The position numbers and the translations under genes were made by a program. Below, piece by piece: positions 14,749 through 38,785 of a DNA stretch of 64,000 nt; within the stretch, counting starts at the first letter, position 1, and every line of letters begins with the position of its first letter. The stretch is from assembly GCF_009914755.1 (NCBI RefSeq), contig NC_060934.1. The stretch is one strand, 5' to 3'. Under the pieces are notes generated by a model. That model was not told the origin of the DNA. It did not search any database and saw only the letters and a list, made by a program, of their open reading frames with translations. This DNA comes from the human T2T-CHM13v2.0 reference genome, Homo sapiens.

Positions 14749-15091
14749 ATCTGTGACTTCTTGGAAGCCACCTAACCATGGATGGAGACGCCCCTGCCCC
14801 CAGCAAGGCTGGCTCACACACACGTCTGTTTTCTCTCCTATGGGGCCATCTATGCAGGCCAGGGTGAGATGCTGTGCCCAAATCCCTACTTTCTTAGGCT
14901 CCTCACGGGGATTATGGGCTCTTTAAACTCCATGAGTGGGGTCTGCCACAGAAGATGGCCCCTGTTGGAGGGAGAGCTGGGAGGACACAGCGCAGGTGAG
15001 ATAGACCCTGAGGCCCCTGAAGACCCACCAAGAGAAGACAGATGGGAGCAGGCAAGAGCCCCACACTGATGTCATTGCCTGGAACGGAGCC

Positions 15092-15097
15092 AATAAA
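15092..15097 (+). terminator. C10orf62: C10orf62 polyadenylation signal AATAAA
   Basis: Canonical hexamer 344 nt after the stop, followed by a GU-rich tract (tttgtgtg). Confidence 0.75.
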
Positions 15098-15589
15098 GCT
15101 TTGTGTGCCTTCACTCTGAGTCCAGGGGCTCTGTGGGCAGCCTAAGGTCTGGCAGGGATGGAGGGAGGGGGCTCCCTCTCCAGCAGTCCTCTGGAGTGGA
15201 GTGGAGAAAAGGCCCCCGACCTGGGGCCTTTTCACTGGGCCTCATTTAAAGCTCCATAAAACAGCTACCCTGGTCTCAGGTTCTGGAAAAGGGGTACCTC
15301 TAGACGTCTCAACACCCCCAATCTGATGTTGCCAGGGAAGAGGGGAGCAGCCAGGTATTGGGCTTGGAGGAGAAACAGGCTTTCAGAGGAGAGTAACTAA
15401 GCCAGGTGGGAATGAGGGCCCCTGTTGTCTTGGTGCTATCTTTGCTCTCAAGTCATGTGGCATCCTACAAGGCAGTTCTCTCACCAGCCCCACCTGCTTC
15501 CTGGGGCCCCTTGGGATCCATGTTAGTACCTCCCCACCACCTAAGTCTACAGCTACTGAGTGAGCACAACACTTTCTTCTTGTTTGTTT

Positions 15590-15760
15590 AACTTAATTTA
15601 ATTTAATTTAATTTAATTTAATTTTAAGTTCTGAGTTACATGGGCAGGATGTTCAGGTTTGTTACATAGGTAAACATGTGCCATGGTGGTTTGCTGCACC
15701 TATCAACACGTCACCTAAGGTATTTATTTAGCCCTGCGTGCATTAGCTATTTAACCTGAT
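15590..15760 (-). mobile_element. L1PA 3' end with a (TTAAT)n tail
   Basis: caggtttgttacataggtaaacatgtgccatggtggtttgctgcacctatcaac is the antisense L1PA 3' UTR. Confidence 0.85.
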
Positions 15761-15822
15761 CATCTTGGGTTCTTTTTTTTCTTTTCCCTTTTTTTCTTGT
15801 TTTTTATGTATGTATATTTTGA

Positions 15823-16149
<327 letters not shown>

Positions 16150-16367
16150 TAGCTAAGGCCAAAGGCACACACCACCATGCCTGGCAAATTTTTTTTGTAT
16201 TTTTAGTAGAGATGGGGTTTTGCCATGTTGCCCAGGCTGGATTACAGTGGTGATATCATAGTTCACTGCAGCCTCAGACTCAAACTGGCAAAATTCAAAT
16301 AAAGTCCTTAGTTAATGACATTGTACCAGTGTTAATTCTTTGGTTCTGGTCATCATATTATAGCTAG

Positions 16368-16722
<355 letters not shown>

Positions 16723-16929
16723 AGAAAATCCCTGTACTATTTTTGAAACTTTTCTGTAAATCTAAAAGTAATTCAATATTTCAAGTTAAAAAAAAAGTTT
16801 TCAGACAATTTGATTATGAGTGTGTGTCAAAGTTTGATTATCGTTGTAATGCAAGCAAAATGACCTGTAAGCAGCTAACTCAAATATATACTCTTGGTAA
16901 GAATATTTTTATTAAAAAAAGAATGGTCA

Positions 16930-17779
<850 letters not shown>

Positions 17780-18079
17780 TTATGTCATGCAAAAAACTTT
17801 GGCCGCAGACCAGGGCAGAAAAAAATAAAGAACTTCTTTTTCTTTTGCACAACAAATTGTCAACACACACCTCAACACCTATGCTAGGCACCACACAGGA
17901 GGCCAGAATGCATCCAGGCAAAGTAAGGCAAGCACTGGGCAAGGAAAACAGAATGCTGGGTAGCCGACTTGAGCTTGTTGGCCCGCATTTGGAAGGTGTT
18001 CCAGGCAGAAGGGAACAACACAAGCAAGGGTGCAGAGGGAGGGAAGTGCAGTGTCTGGGGAACCATGGCAGTCAACTTG

Positions 18080-19068
<989 letters not shown>

Positions 19069-19593
19069 TGAAGAGTTCTAGGGACCTTTGTAGATGGGTG
19101 CTGTCCATGGGGAAATATTATACAAGGAACAGGTAACGGAAATGCAGAGCAGGGAGGCCCAGTGGAGAGATCCCAGGAAGACTTCTCAGAGGAGGTGGCA
19201 ATGATGATGGACTAAGAACGCATAATAATGTCTGGGGACACTCCTTATGTGATTCTTTTTAGCCACAGTAAGTCACCATGTTGCTTATGTGTCCCCAGCC
19301 CCAAACGCCCACTCCCCTCACTGCCACCCCAGCTCCCAGAGCAGCAAGTGTAATCATGGGGGCAGGGGAGAGTATCTTCCTTTGTCTTACAGCTGGAGGG
19401 GGCCTTGTACACCCACTCCTAATATCACAGTAGGTGTACAATGAGAGGTCATTGAGAGCAGCCTCCCCTTCAACACCAGCCACCCTCCTGATTTAAGGTT
19501 TGAGCACTTTCTCCTGACTCCATAAGAATGACAGCTAACACTTATTGAGCACCAGGTTCTATTCGAAGTACTTTATAAATAGTATCTCATTTA

Positions 19594-19929
<336 letters not shown>

Positions 19930-21307
19930 CTAATATCATCACTATTTTTTAATTGAGTTAGCCTGGGCTTCTCTGACTTCAGGGCCTGTGCATCTGACCC
20001 CTCTTCTGTGAGCCCTCTGCTTTTCTGCTTTTTCCCCAGTCCCTGCTTCATTGGAGATCCTGGCCTTTTCCTCTCCTCTGGCCCCCTCTCTACACTAACA
20101 GGGACACATCAGGCTCACACCTGGACATCTAACCAGGGTGAAGGAGGGGCTCTTTGGGGTACCCACTCACAGATTTCTGGGACATTTTCTTATCCTTTAA
20201 AACAGTCCTATAAGCTAGGATTGAAATGATTTCACTGTCATCCCATAGAAAAGGAAACAGACTCAAAGATGTGATGTGACTTGTTCAATATCCAGAGGTG
20301 ACTCTTGAGTCTAGTGCTGCCCTGACTACGCCACACTCCCTCTTCTCCAGCCAGGCACTTCTTCCTTCTTGGGAGTCAGGCATGAGTCAGTTGCCCCCTT
20401 CAATGAGACAGAAGAGAGGGCTGTGTCATAGAAGCTTTGAGCACAGTGTCTGCTTCTGACTCCCAGAGTGCAAGCCTCAGCTGTCCTGCTGTTTAGACCA
20501 GCTCCACCTGTAGGGCCCCTGGAACTGACCAGCAGGATGAGAGGTGAAGGAAGAGGGTGATGGTGGCTGAATCAGTGGCCGCAGCAAGAACCTGCCCCAG
20601 CCCAGGACGGCAGGCAGGGTTGGGGAGGAAGATGACTTTGGTATTGGAACAGAGAGAGTGGCAAGAGTTTGATCTTTGACTCTTTAGTCAGAGGGTGCTG
20701 GTCCAATCGTAGCTAGATTGGAGTCCTCACCCAGGGCTGGCAGCTTTTACGGAGAGCACTGCAGCCCCATGTAGCAAGACACAGGGAGGCCCTTCCTTGG
20801 GCTGCTAGCCTGACACACAGGAATCAATCCCCCAGAAGCAATCCCACAGGAGCGAGAAGCTGTGTGCCTCCAGACGTTCCCTGCAATGTTACCAATGCAA
20901 AATAACTACCAAAAAAAAAAAAAAAAAGCAGCTAAATATCCAATGAGAGATATCCTGATATCCTGGCAACTCACTCTGGAATCTGACGGTGTAGTGAACA
21001 GCATGGAAAAAGTTGGTGGAATGAAGTGGAGTCTACATCACACAGTGTCCCCTGAAGGATGACTCACAGGAACAATTTCTCTTGGTCCCAGTGCCAGGAA
21101 ACTCTGTGTTTCTCCGGGGCAGTTGCTTTGCTTTTATCTTTTGGGTTCTACATGTCTGTTAGCTGACCATGTTTCCCTTTTAGCTCTGGCTATCAGGAAA
21201 CTCCACATCGAATTTCTGGCTCATTTCTCACAACTATATGGCAGGAACTTTGTATACCAATACTGCTTGTGGCCTTATTTTCATTTCCTTCTCCCAAATA
21301 GCCTCCA

Positions 21308-22815
21308 ATTTTTTTTTTTTTTTTGAGACAGGGTCTTGCTCTGTCACCCAGGCTGGAGTGCAGTGGCACAATCATAGTTCACTGCAGCTTCAAATGCACC
21401 TGGTTTATTTATTTTTTATTTTTTTGTAAAGTCAGGGTCTCACTTTGTTACCCAAGGTGGTCTCGAACTTCTGGCCTCAAGTGATCCCCCCATCTTAGCC
21501 TCCTGAAGTGCTGGGATTACAGGCCCAAATATCCTTCTATTAATTAAGAATCCTGTTGTATTGTACTCTGTGTTTGTAAACTACTTCCATTTTTTTTTTC
21601 TTTAATGGAGTGGGATAGAGAGGAGAAAGAAGAAGAAAGAGAAAGTTAAGCGGGCTGGGCACTGTGGCTCACCTGTAACTGGTACAGGTATACTGGTTAG
21701 ACATATCCCAAGTAAGTGATTGATAAAAACAGGAAAACGCAAAATAAAGCAATGAGATTCACTTTTCACCCAGAAAGTTGGCAAAAATTTGTTCTGACAA
21801 TACCATGATTTGGCATGTATGACATTCTATGCTGCTCCTGAGGTCTACACTGATTGATTAGAAATGTGGCGCACAGTCAGGCATGGGGGCTCATGACTGT
21901 AATCCCAGCACTTCTGGAGGCTAAGGTGGGAGGATCACCTGGGCCCAGGAATTCGAGCCAGCCTGGGCAAAATAGTGAAACTCCATCTCTACAAAAAAAA
22001 CTACACAAATTAGTTGGGCATGGTAGCTCATGCCTGTAATCCTAGCTGGCTAAGACAGGAGGATCACTTGAACCCGGGGGGCTAAGGCTGCCGTGAGCCG
22101 TGATTGTGACACTGCACTCCAGCCTGGGTGACAGAGTGAGACCCTCAAAGAAAAAGTAAATACATAAAAAATGTGTCACAGATGAAGGTGCACATAGCTA
22201 TGACTCAGCAATTAACACACCAAAGTATCTGAACTCTAGAGGAACTCTTAGACATATGCACAGAAGACTTTACAGAAAATGTTTGTTTCAGCATTGTTTG
22301 CAATAGCAAATAGAAGAAAACATTCTTTTCTTCTTTTTTCTTTTTTGGTAGAGACAGGTAGGCCATTTTTTGGTAGAGACAGGCAGCCATGCTGCCCTGC
22401 CTGGTTTTGAACTCCTGGGCTCAAGCGATCCACCCACCTTGGCCTCCTAAAGTGCTGAAATTATAGGTGTGAGCCACCAGGCCCAGCCAAAAGAAGGAAA
22501 CATTCTAAATGCTCTCAACAAGAGAATGACAAATAAATTGTGTTCTAACCTTACAACAGAATACTATACAGCAATTAAAATGAATGAATCAGGGCTACGT
22601 GTGCTTTTATGAACAAAGCTCAAAAAATAGTATTAAACAAACAGCAAACTGCAGAAGGCTATTTAAGCTTAATTCCATTTCTACAAGGCTTAAAATTGTA
22701 ATAACCTTATTACATAAGGATCACTTGAGCCCAGAAGGTCGAAACTGCAGCAAGCTATGGTTGAGCCACTGCATCCCAGCCTGGGCAACAGAGTGAGACC
22801 CTGTGTCTAAAAAAG
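21308..22815. mobile_element. Alu pieces interleaved with old L1M fragments
   Basis: Alu consensus at about 21308-21525, 21875-22150, 22330-22490 and 22715-22815; L1-like AT-rich sequence between. Confidence 0.65.
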
Positions 22816-22938
22816 AAAAATGATGTGAACAGTCATTGCAGCTGTGTGGGAACCTTCTGTCTGCAAAGATGGGAAGGAAATGTGTGAAAGATTATGGTGT
22901 CGTAAGGTAGGAACACCAATGTCCTAGTTGTTCGGTAG

Positions 22939-23483
<545 letters not shown>

Positions 23484-23751
23484 TAGGGTGGTGCTTCACA
23501 TGAACGGCAGCTATAGGAAACGGGTGGACTGCCACCATGGATCAGCTGCACGACATTGGGAGGCTTACCTGACCACTCTGTGTTACTGCTTTCTCCCCTC
23601 TAAAATTGGAGGAATGATGTCATCTGTCTCATAGGGTTGCAGTGAGCATTAAATGAGATCAGGAACATAAAGGCCTTAGAACTGTGCGTGGCATATGGAA
23701 AGCACTCCATAAATATGACCCACTGTGATTGCTTACACTCGGGGCACGTAG

Positions 23752-24066
<315 letters not shown>

Positions 24067-24096
24067 TAGCACTTTTGCTCCTGAGGGCAGCTCTGA

Positions 24097-24441
<345 letters not shown>

Positions 24442-25966
24442 TGAGGGCTGGGGCTGGGTCTGCAGATGGTAGTTTGCCAGCCTGCCCACTCTGAAAACTC
24501 AGAAACCTGGCCACGCCGCTTACCTGTCTGAATTCGGGATGCTGTGAGTAACCTTGTTGGCTGAAGGAGGATGGCCGTGTACAATCCCTGGCCTGTAGTA
24601 GGGATGCCTGCAGTTTGTTCTGAGTCCTGAGCTCCATGATTAGATGACAAACTTAGCTGCTCTAATCCCACCTTGTACATCATTCTCTGAGGGCAGAGGC
24701 CCTGGGGCCCTCCTCTGTAGTTCAGGAGTCCATTTTCCTCTCCCCTGTCCCAGACCAGAATGAATTGTCAGATCTACAGAGTTGAGCCAGGGATCTTCAG
24801 TTGCCTGATCAGATTCTGTTCCAATCCAGGATCCCTAGGAATGTCACTTAGATCAACTGCTCTTGTCTGTTTGGGGTCAGGGTCCTTGGGTTTGGATTAG
24901 ATTTGAGCCCTGGAGGGAAGGGAGAAGAAGGGAAGCTGTTCCCTTCAGCTGAAGCCCCAGTGAGTAGAGATTTGAGTGACTTTTCCAGCACTGCAGGGGA
25001 GAATGCTTGTTCCTATTCCATCTGGTCCCTCCAGACTTTGGCTGGTTGTCTAGGCCTTTGTACATCTCCCCTGCCATGTCATGGCCTCTACGGTGAAGGG
25101 GAAGAAGAAGGGATCCATTTCTCCCTCATTCCTGGAAGTGGAGTAGATTAAAAATAAAAAAAAAAGCACAGGCTCTGGAGGCTGGGGGGAATCTCAGCTC
25201 TGCAGTTTATTCACTGAGTAATGCTGGGCAAAGCACTCACCTCTCTGGGCCTGAGTTTCTACTCTGTGTACAGAGGGATCATGAGGATTAGAGAGCATCA
25301 GGGCCATGCTGCTGTAGCGCGCCTGGGACACATAGTAGGTATTCCACAAACAACAGCTCTATTAGCTCATTCTGAATTGCCTACTCTCTCTACGGTTTTG
25401 AGGCCACTGTGCCTAGGGTTCCACTCCTATCTAGCCTTAGAAGCATACTTACAGGCTTGCAGAAGTGGCGGGGGTTTCTGAGATCACAGCCAAACCCATT
25501 TTCATTGCCCCGATGGGCACAAAGAGGACTAGAGAGGGTCTCATTCAGGTTTATGCAGTCAATGGGAAGACATGCCTGGTGACCTGACTCTGTCCAGAGT
25601 GCTTTCCATGCCCACTGCTGTCTCTGGTTGCATCCACTGGGGGGAATAAAATTTCAAAAGAGCAAAGGCTTCCCATCCGTCCTACCCTCTTACAGGACTG
25701 ATGAGTCAGGGGGCTATTGGAGGAAGCTGGAGGTGTCAACTGTCAGATGGGATTTTATTCCGGGAGGGGTTCAGGGAAGGAACCGTCCTTGAGTTCACTT
25801 TCAGGCTCTGCTCCCTGCCCCTCACAGATCAGCCCTGAGCAGTGCTTGACCTGCGGGATTCTATTTTGAATATGCAGGCAGCTCTTCTCTCTGGAAATGT
25901 ATACTCTGGACTCACAGAGCATGCCTTTGATGTAGCCAGCCAAGTGACATAGAAATCTGTATCTAA

Positions 25967-26341
<375 letters not shown>

Positions 26342-26799
26342 TGACTCCCAGAAAATCCTGACTTCGGACAAAGTCGAGCACCACTGATTGTCAAACTTAA
26401 GTGTGCATTAAAATTTCCTTGGGGGCGAATTAAAGTTCCAACTTTTGGGCCCAAGAAGATGCATTGAAACAAACATCCTGTGTGATTGTGACAGAGTAAC
26501 CCTAGGACCACACTTAGAGATGCCTGGAGAGAAAGAGTGTAAACCAGGGGCCTCTAAATCCGTGCTATCGGGGGCCAGGTCCTGAAAAAATAGGAATGAC
26601 TGGGGCTGGCAAAGGAGTTAGAAGGCAGGAGAGTGTTGTCTTCAAATAATCGGTTCTGTGGTCAGACTGTATACCCCAATTCTTTGTTGGGCAAGCAAAG
26701 GAGAACTTCAGAGAGAACGCCCATCAAGTTCAGGGTCATTCTGAAGTCTGAGGCAACAGAAAAATATGTGCCCCTGTATTCAAGTTTTAATGTACATTT

Positions 26800-28060
<1,261 letters not shown>

Positions 28061-28064
28061 AAAC

Positions 28065-31190
<3,126 letters not shown>

Positions 31191-32234
31191 TCTGGTGCAG
31201 AGTGGCTCACGCCTGTAATCTTAGCATTTTTGGAGATAGAGACGGCAGTATTGCTTGAGGCCAGGAGTTTGAGACCCACCTGGGCAACATGGCCAGACCC
31301 CATCTCTTAAAAAAAAAAAAAAAAAAAAGACACCTCTGCACTAGGATCTGTACTAGGCATCTATGGACATCCTGCTGCCTGGAGGGTAGAAGAGCCCCCT
31401 GGCTGCTCCCTACACACTGCCTCCACTGCATTGCCTGTGTGTCTGGCAGCAGGTGGGGTGGGCTCTGGTGGCCTTTTGAAGATGAGCAGTGGTGCAAGTC
31501 CTGACTTCCCTCCCCCTGGCCTGCTCTGACACCACCCAGCTGGGAGCGGGGGTGGCAGTTCAGACTCCTTCACTCAGTCTTTGCTGGCCTGGCTGGTTTT
31601 CGGCTGGAGTAGAGCAGTTACTGTCTGAAAGCTTTCCATCTTGCTAGGCAACCCCTTTTCTGGTCCTCTGGCTAGAGAGAACTGGCTTCTGTTAGTGCGT
31701 GTATTGTCTGTACCCATTGGCACTGCGTGCTTGCTGACTTCTTCAGCTCCAAGTCTGGGCCAGGGTACGTAGCACTGTGTTACTTCTTGGGTCTCTAGGT
31801 CCCTTGTTGGTCTTCCTTCTCTCTGCCTTCCAGAGTCTTCTTATGTCTTTTATATAATGTCCAGATATATATATAATTTTTTATATAATGTCCAGATAAT
31901 ATTTTTATGTAACGTCCAGAGCTTTTAGTTGTACTTATTGGGAAGAATTGGGACAAGTACATCTACTCCATCTTCCTGAAAGTAAATGCTCTAAGTATTT
32001 TTCTAAATGGTGATTTTTTTCCCCCTAAGAACATTAAAGTGGGTGAAAAAATATTGAAAATTGAGAAGTAGGTATGTTAAAACTCACAGCACTATTTTAG
32101 GCTTAAATATTTCATATACCAAAAACATGATTTATTATAATTTTATTTTCCTGGCTTTAATGGAAGCAAACTCATCAAAACATATTTTTCCAAGTCTACT
32201 TCTAGAGAAAGAATAACCGCTAAAAAGACACCAG

Positions 32235-33125
<891 letters not shown>

Positions 33126-33184
33126 AGCTAGGCACTCCACAATATTTTGTTTGGGTAAAGTGATGGGTGGGCTCTAAAGCTCCC

Positions 33185-33505
33185 TCACAGCTGTATCCTT
33201 ACCTCAAAGGGGCAGATTAACTTAGATTTACAGAAACGACAGCTGAGGAGGTAAATCTGAGTCCCTCTGGAGGTGAAGGTGCTTCTGAGATGGGACCTTC
33301 TATAAATAGGTTATAAGAACTTGCAGAAACGAGGGCCCCGTTGGGCACAGGCCGTCCTGCACATACTGAACATTCCACTGGGGTGGGGCCTCTGCTCTCC
33401 CACTCCCAGTGCACCTCTGAAAACGAAGGTCCCAGAACCCGCATGCCACCGGGACAGGAAACGGAGCGGCTTCCAGGGCTCATGGGAACTGGTCTAATAT
33501 TAGCA
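33185..33505. promoter_or_regulatory. Candidate muscle enhancer (2 MEF2, 2 CAGCTG E-boxes, 1 MCAT)
   Basis: CTATAAATAG 33300, CTAATATTAG 33494, CAGCTG 33188 and 33240, CATTCC 33371, in sequence with no repeat I could recognise. Confidence 0.5.
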
Positions 33506-34306
33506 GTGTTTTTCTCATCTGGCCCTTGGGACGTCTCTATGGGGTAGGTGTTGTTATCACTCATTTCACAGATGAAGCAGCTTGGGCTGCCCCTGGGGAA
33601 GAGTGGATGCCTAGCTGTCATCCCAGATCTCTGCGTGTCATCCCGCCCTACCCCATCCTGCCTCACCCTTCATTCTGTGTCCTCTCCTGTGCCAGCTCTG
33701 GGCACATACCCAGGAATGCCTGGAACACCTTTCTGCTGCCTAGGCTGTAGGCTCAGACACCCCGAGAACAGCTTGATGTCACTCTATTGCCCATCCCTGG
33801 TCAAACACAATGTCCTTCCTCCACCTTCCCACCAGCCTGCCTCCTGCCCCTGGCTATATTTAGGACTTTCTACAGTCTTTGCCACCAACCCCTTCTTAGG
33901 GTTTGAAGAGGGGCCACATCAGATATCTTTGGAAACCCATGGCAGGAGTGAGCTTTTCTCTGGGCACCTCTTATTTCCATCCTGTATCCTGGGTCTTTCC
34001 CACCTACTCAGGCTTTGGGTAAAAAGGCCAGGCTATTAGAACATCATGGGGGTGGCGAGGCCTGCAGGAGGGTGGCTTACCACCCATTCCAAGAAAAAAA
34101 ATCCATGCTTGATAAAGCCTCCGGGACTCTAGTGGTAAAGTTATTAGTCAATCTTTCATCAGTGGTTCCTGGCCTTTTTATCCCAAACAACCTTTTATTT
34201 TTATCCTCCTAAGGTTTTAGCTTCTCTCCAAATAAAACTTTCTTAAGGACTACTTTTGTAGTTTTTAGGTAGTGAAAGATTCATCTAATATTTCTGATCA
34301 GCATGA

Positions 34307-35035
<729 letters not shown>

Positions 35036-35715
35036 ATTATAACAATAGCTTTAGGTCCCCCATTATCAGGGAAAAGCCTTTAGAGATCATGTTGTCCAGC
35101 CCCTTCCTTTTTTAGACAGGAGAACTTACTCAGAGATAATAAGTAAATGACATACAGTTTATACAACAAAACTTCCTTGGGAAATGATGCTTTGCTTTTC
35201 CTGGGAGACCATTTAGTGTTAGGGTCAGGAGGAGCTATGGGGAGGTGAGGGCAGCCAGATGCAAGGGGAGTAGAGGTCTGGGCTGTGCCTGAGACTCTCA
35301 CAGATCCTTCCCCTTCCTGACTTCCCAGGTCTGGTGTGACCTGCGTCAGGTTTCAGGGAGCTGGGCTGCAGACTGCTGATGCTCTAGTGCCTAGACCTGC
35401 AGCCTTGCTGTCTTCTCCCACCCCAGCTTGAGGACCAAATACCACTCTCCTCTCTGTTGGAGTGGATTTTTCTCCTAAAACCAAAGGAGGCACTCTTCTT
35501 CCCCAATCTGAAGTTTTTGTATTTTGCTATTACAGACCTGCTCTCTGGTCTCTAAATCTGGATTCCCAATGTACCCTGGGTGCCATAGAGTTGGCAGTTA
35601 CTTTCCTGGGGGAAGAGGGTAGGACTTCAATGTTCTGAAAGTGACAGATCTCCGAGTTCCAGATATGGGTGTTCAGCAAATTTCTCAGTCTCTTCTAACA
35701 GGCCCTGCTTTGCAG

Positions 35716-35865
35716 GTGACCCGGCGCTTTGGGATCCCAGGGCTGAAGAAAATCATGGACTGGTTTGGCTACTATGGAGGCCCCTGCCGCGCCCCCTTGC
35801 AGGAGCTGAGCCCCGCTGAGGAGGAGGCACTGCGCATGGATTTCACCAGCAACGGCTGGCTCTGA
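35716..35865 (+). CDS. HOGA1: HOGA1 exon 7 coding part ([11 protein letters not shown]...SNGWL*)
   Basis: ttgcag| acceptor, TGA at 35863-35865; exon sum 211+129+128+135+97+134+150 = 984 nt = 327 aa + stop. Confidence 0.97.
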
Positions 35866-36219
35866 GGGCAGGCAGGGTCCATGGCTGGCCTGAGCCCATC
35901 TCAGCCTCCTGCCTTGCACTTGCAGCCTGAAGCGGAGAGCACAGGGGGATGAGGGTGGCAGGCAGCGGGGAGCCGATAGAGGCTCCTTTGCCTGCTGTGG
36001 TCCTCCAGGCAGCCTTTCACAGGCACGCCCATGCATATCTCCTATTCTAACGGCCCCTGACCTCTCCCTTTTGGATCCTAAACTGTGTCTCTGGTCTGAA
36101 GACTGGGAAGGAGCAATTTCTCAATTTATCTTTCTACTGTGGATGCTTTCCTACGCCCTGAGGCACATGAAGTCAGAAAGGAAGGGCAGAGGGGCAAGTA
36201 GGCACAGTAAGGGAATTTT

Positions 36220-36506
36220 CTTTTCTTTTTTTTTTTTTTTGAGACAGAGTTTCACTCTGTCACCCAGGCTGGAGTGCAATGGCATGATCTCGCCTCCTGG
36301 GTTCAAGCGATTCTCCTGCCTCAGCCTCCCGAGTAGCTGGGATTACAGGCGCCTGCCACCACGCCCAGCTAATTTTTGTATTTTTAGCAGAGATGGGGTT
36401 TCACCGTGTTGGCCAGGCTGGTCTTGAACTCCTGACCTCAGGTGATCCAACTGCCTCGGCCTCCCAAAGTGCTGGGATTACAGCTGTGAGCCACTGCACC
36501 CGGCCG
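36220..36506 (-). mobile_element. Antisense Alu within the HOGA1 3' UTR
   Basis: Alu consensus between the stop (35865) and the poly(A) signals (about 36970-36990); flanked by gggaattt on both sides. Confidence 0.88.
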
Positions 36507-36961
36507 GGAATTTATCAAAGGGGGGACTACTTAGATTTGGGGCTTCAAACCTGAGTCTAGCACAATGCAGCTGGAGGCCAGGGCTACTCCTACAAACCCA
36601 AGTTCTGACTCCTTCCAGGGAAGTATCAGCTTAAGAAACTTGATCAGGAAAGTGACACTGGTCTTTCAAAGAGCCCTCTTTACCCTCCCATCCCTGCCCT
36701 CCACACTGCAAGCTGCATTCCAGCCACAACGCCCTTTTCTAAATCTATTTTCATTCATCTCCTATTCTGGTCTGTAGCCTTGATTCCAACCATTGAATGC
36801 ACGGAGACAGCCCAGTGGCTTGTCAGATTGGTAAATAATGACACCTGGTGGATAAATGTTACATTCTAGAAGACTATTCTGGTCAGCCTAGGTCTGAAAC
36901 ACTAAGGAGACTTGGCCTGAGATAGGGCCATCCACTTGCCTACAGGCACTCTGCTTTTATT

Positions 36962-36993
36962 ATTAAAAATAGTCACTTTGTTACTATAATAAA
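36962..36993 (+). terminator. HOGA1: Probable HOGA1 polyadenylation signals (ATTAAA 36962-36967, AATAAA 36988-36993)
   Basis: First hexamers I saw in the AT-rich stretch about 1.1 kb after the stop; the sequence does not show which is used. Confidence 0.65.
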
Positions 36994-37237
36994 ATTTAAC
37001 AGAAAAAATTAGTGTGGCTATATAAAGATGGACACTCTATTGCTATGCAGATCTTAGGTTTCCTGGCCAGATGTCAAGAACCTTTCTAAAGGCAAAAGAG
37101 CTCTGATGGTCTGCCTTCTCCCAGCTCGAAGAGTGTCCCCAGCAATACTGAGCCAACAGGCATTCACTTACTGGAGACCTGGGGAAGGGGTAAGAGGCAA
37201 AAGAGAGCAAGTGAGCTATTTAGAAACAAACACTTAG

Positions 37238-37850
<613 letters not shown>

Positions 37851-38779
37851 GGATGCTTTCTCCAAAATATTTAACCTTTTTCAGTGGTAATATTTGACTA
37901 GTGGCAGAAAAATGGAGATACATTGTAAAAAAATTACTCCTTAAAAGAAAGTGTAAGGTTAAAAAGAGAGGTAAATAGATACTTGTTTAGGGCAGAGGCT
38001 AAAGGAGAGAAAATAAAAGATCTCAATCTTCAACCCAAAACCAGGCTCTGAATGGCACTACAGCTTGGGGCTTAGTGCCTGGGGTCCTCTCACAGGCAAC
38101 TTCCAGAGGAGCAAGGCTCAGAGGAGAATCAAGTTTAGGACTTGGGGGAAAAGTTAGGGCTAGGCAGGCAGGGTAGTGCACTGGGTAAGAGCTCAGCCTC
38201 TGGGCTTAAACAGGTCTGGGTTTAAGTTCTGGGATCTGCCCCTTAGTGTCTATGGGACCTTGGAGAAACTGCTTAACTTCCCTGAGCCTCATCTGTAATA
38301 CAGGGATAATAATAGTACCTTCCTCCAACAAGGACGTGCATGTAAAAGGGTTAGCGTGGGGGTCAATGTTCCACCACTCTCCTGTTGCAGAAAAAGGGAA
38401 ACTCCGGCAGGAGTGGACCTGCCAGAGGTAACCCAGCAGGTGTGGCCATAACTAGTCTCAGGACTTAAGTACTCTGATGCTCAGGGTGAGAGAGGTCCAG
38501 TAAAGGGAGCTGGAATCAGAAAGGCTCGGTTACAAATCTCACCCAGCTGTGCTACCTACTAGTTGGGACAGCCTGAGATTGTCTGATTTAAATAAGAAAA
38601 AAAAGTTCATACGTCCTCCTCTGTAGAGGCTGAGAAAATTAGATGACTTGATAAAGTGTGCAGGGTCAGTTCCAAGGGCTAACCCGATTAACTTTTACAA
38701 ACAGCAAATGGGTTGATATTCATGAAGACGCAGGGCCAGAAAGTCAGGAAAACTAGGTATAGGCAGTTCTGGTGATTTC

Positions 38780-38785
38780 TTTATT
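38780..38785 (-). terminator. MORN4: Probable MORN4 polyadenylation signal AATAAA
   Basis: tttatt on + strand, implying a 3' UTR of about 1.7 kb. Confidence 0.65.

Noticed and set aside
33217-34039. ORFs of 149 aa (-) and 163 aa (+) in HOGA1 intron 6
   Set aside because: No recognisable domain or supporting gene structure; the region is better explained as regulatory.
35818-35826. HOGA1 GAG GAG GAG (Glu313-315), site of the known single-Glu deletion allele
   Set aside because: All three codons are present, and the c.700+5 base (24369) is G, so neither well-known disease allele is in this sequence.
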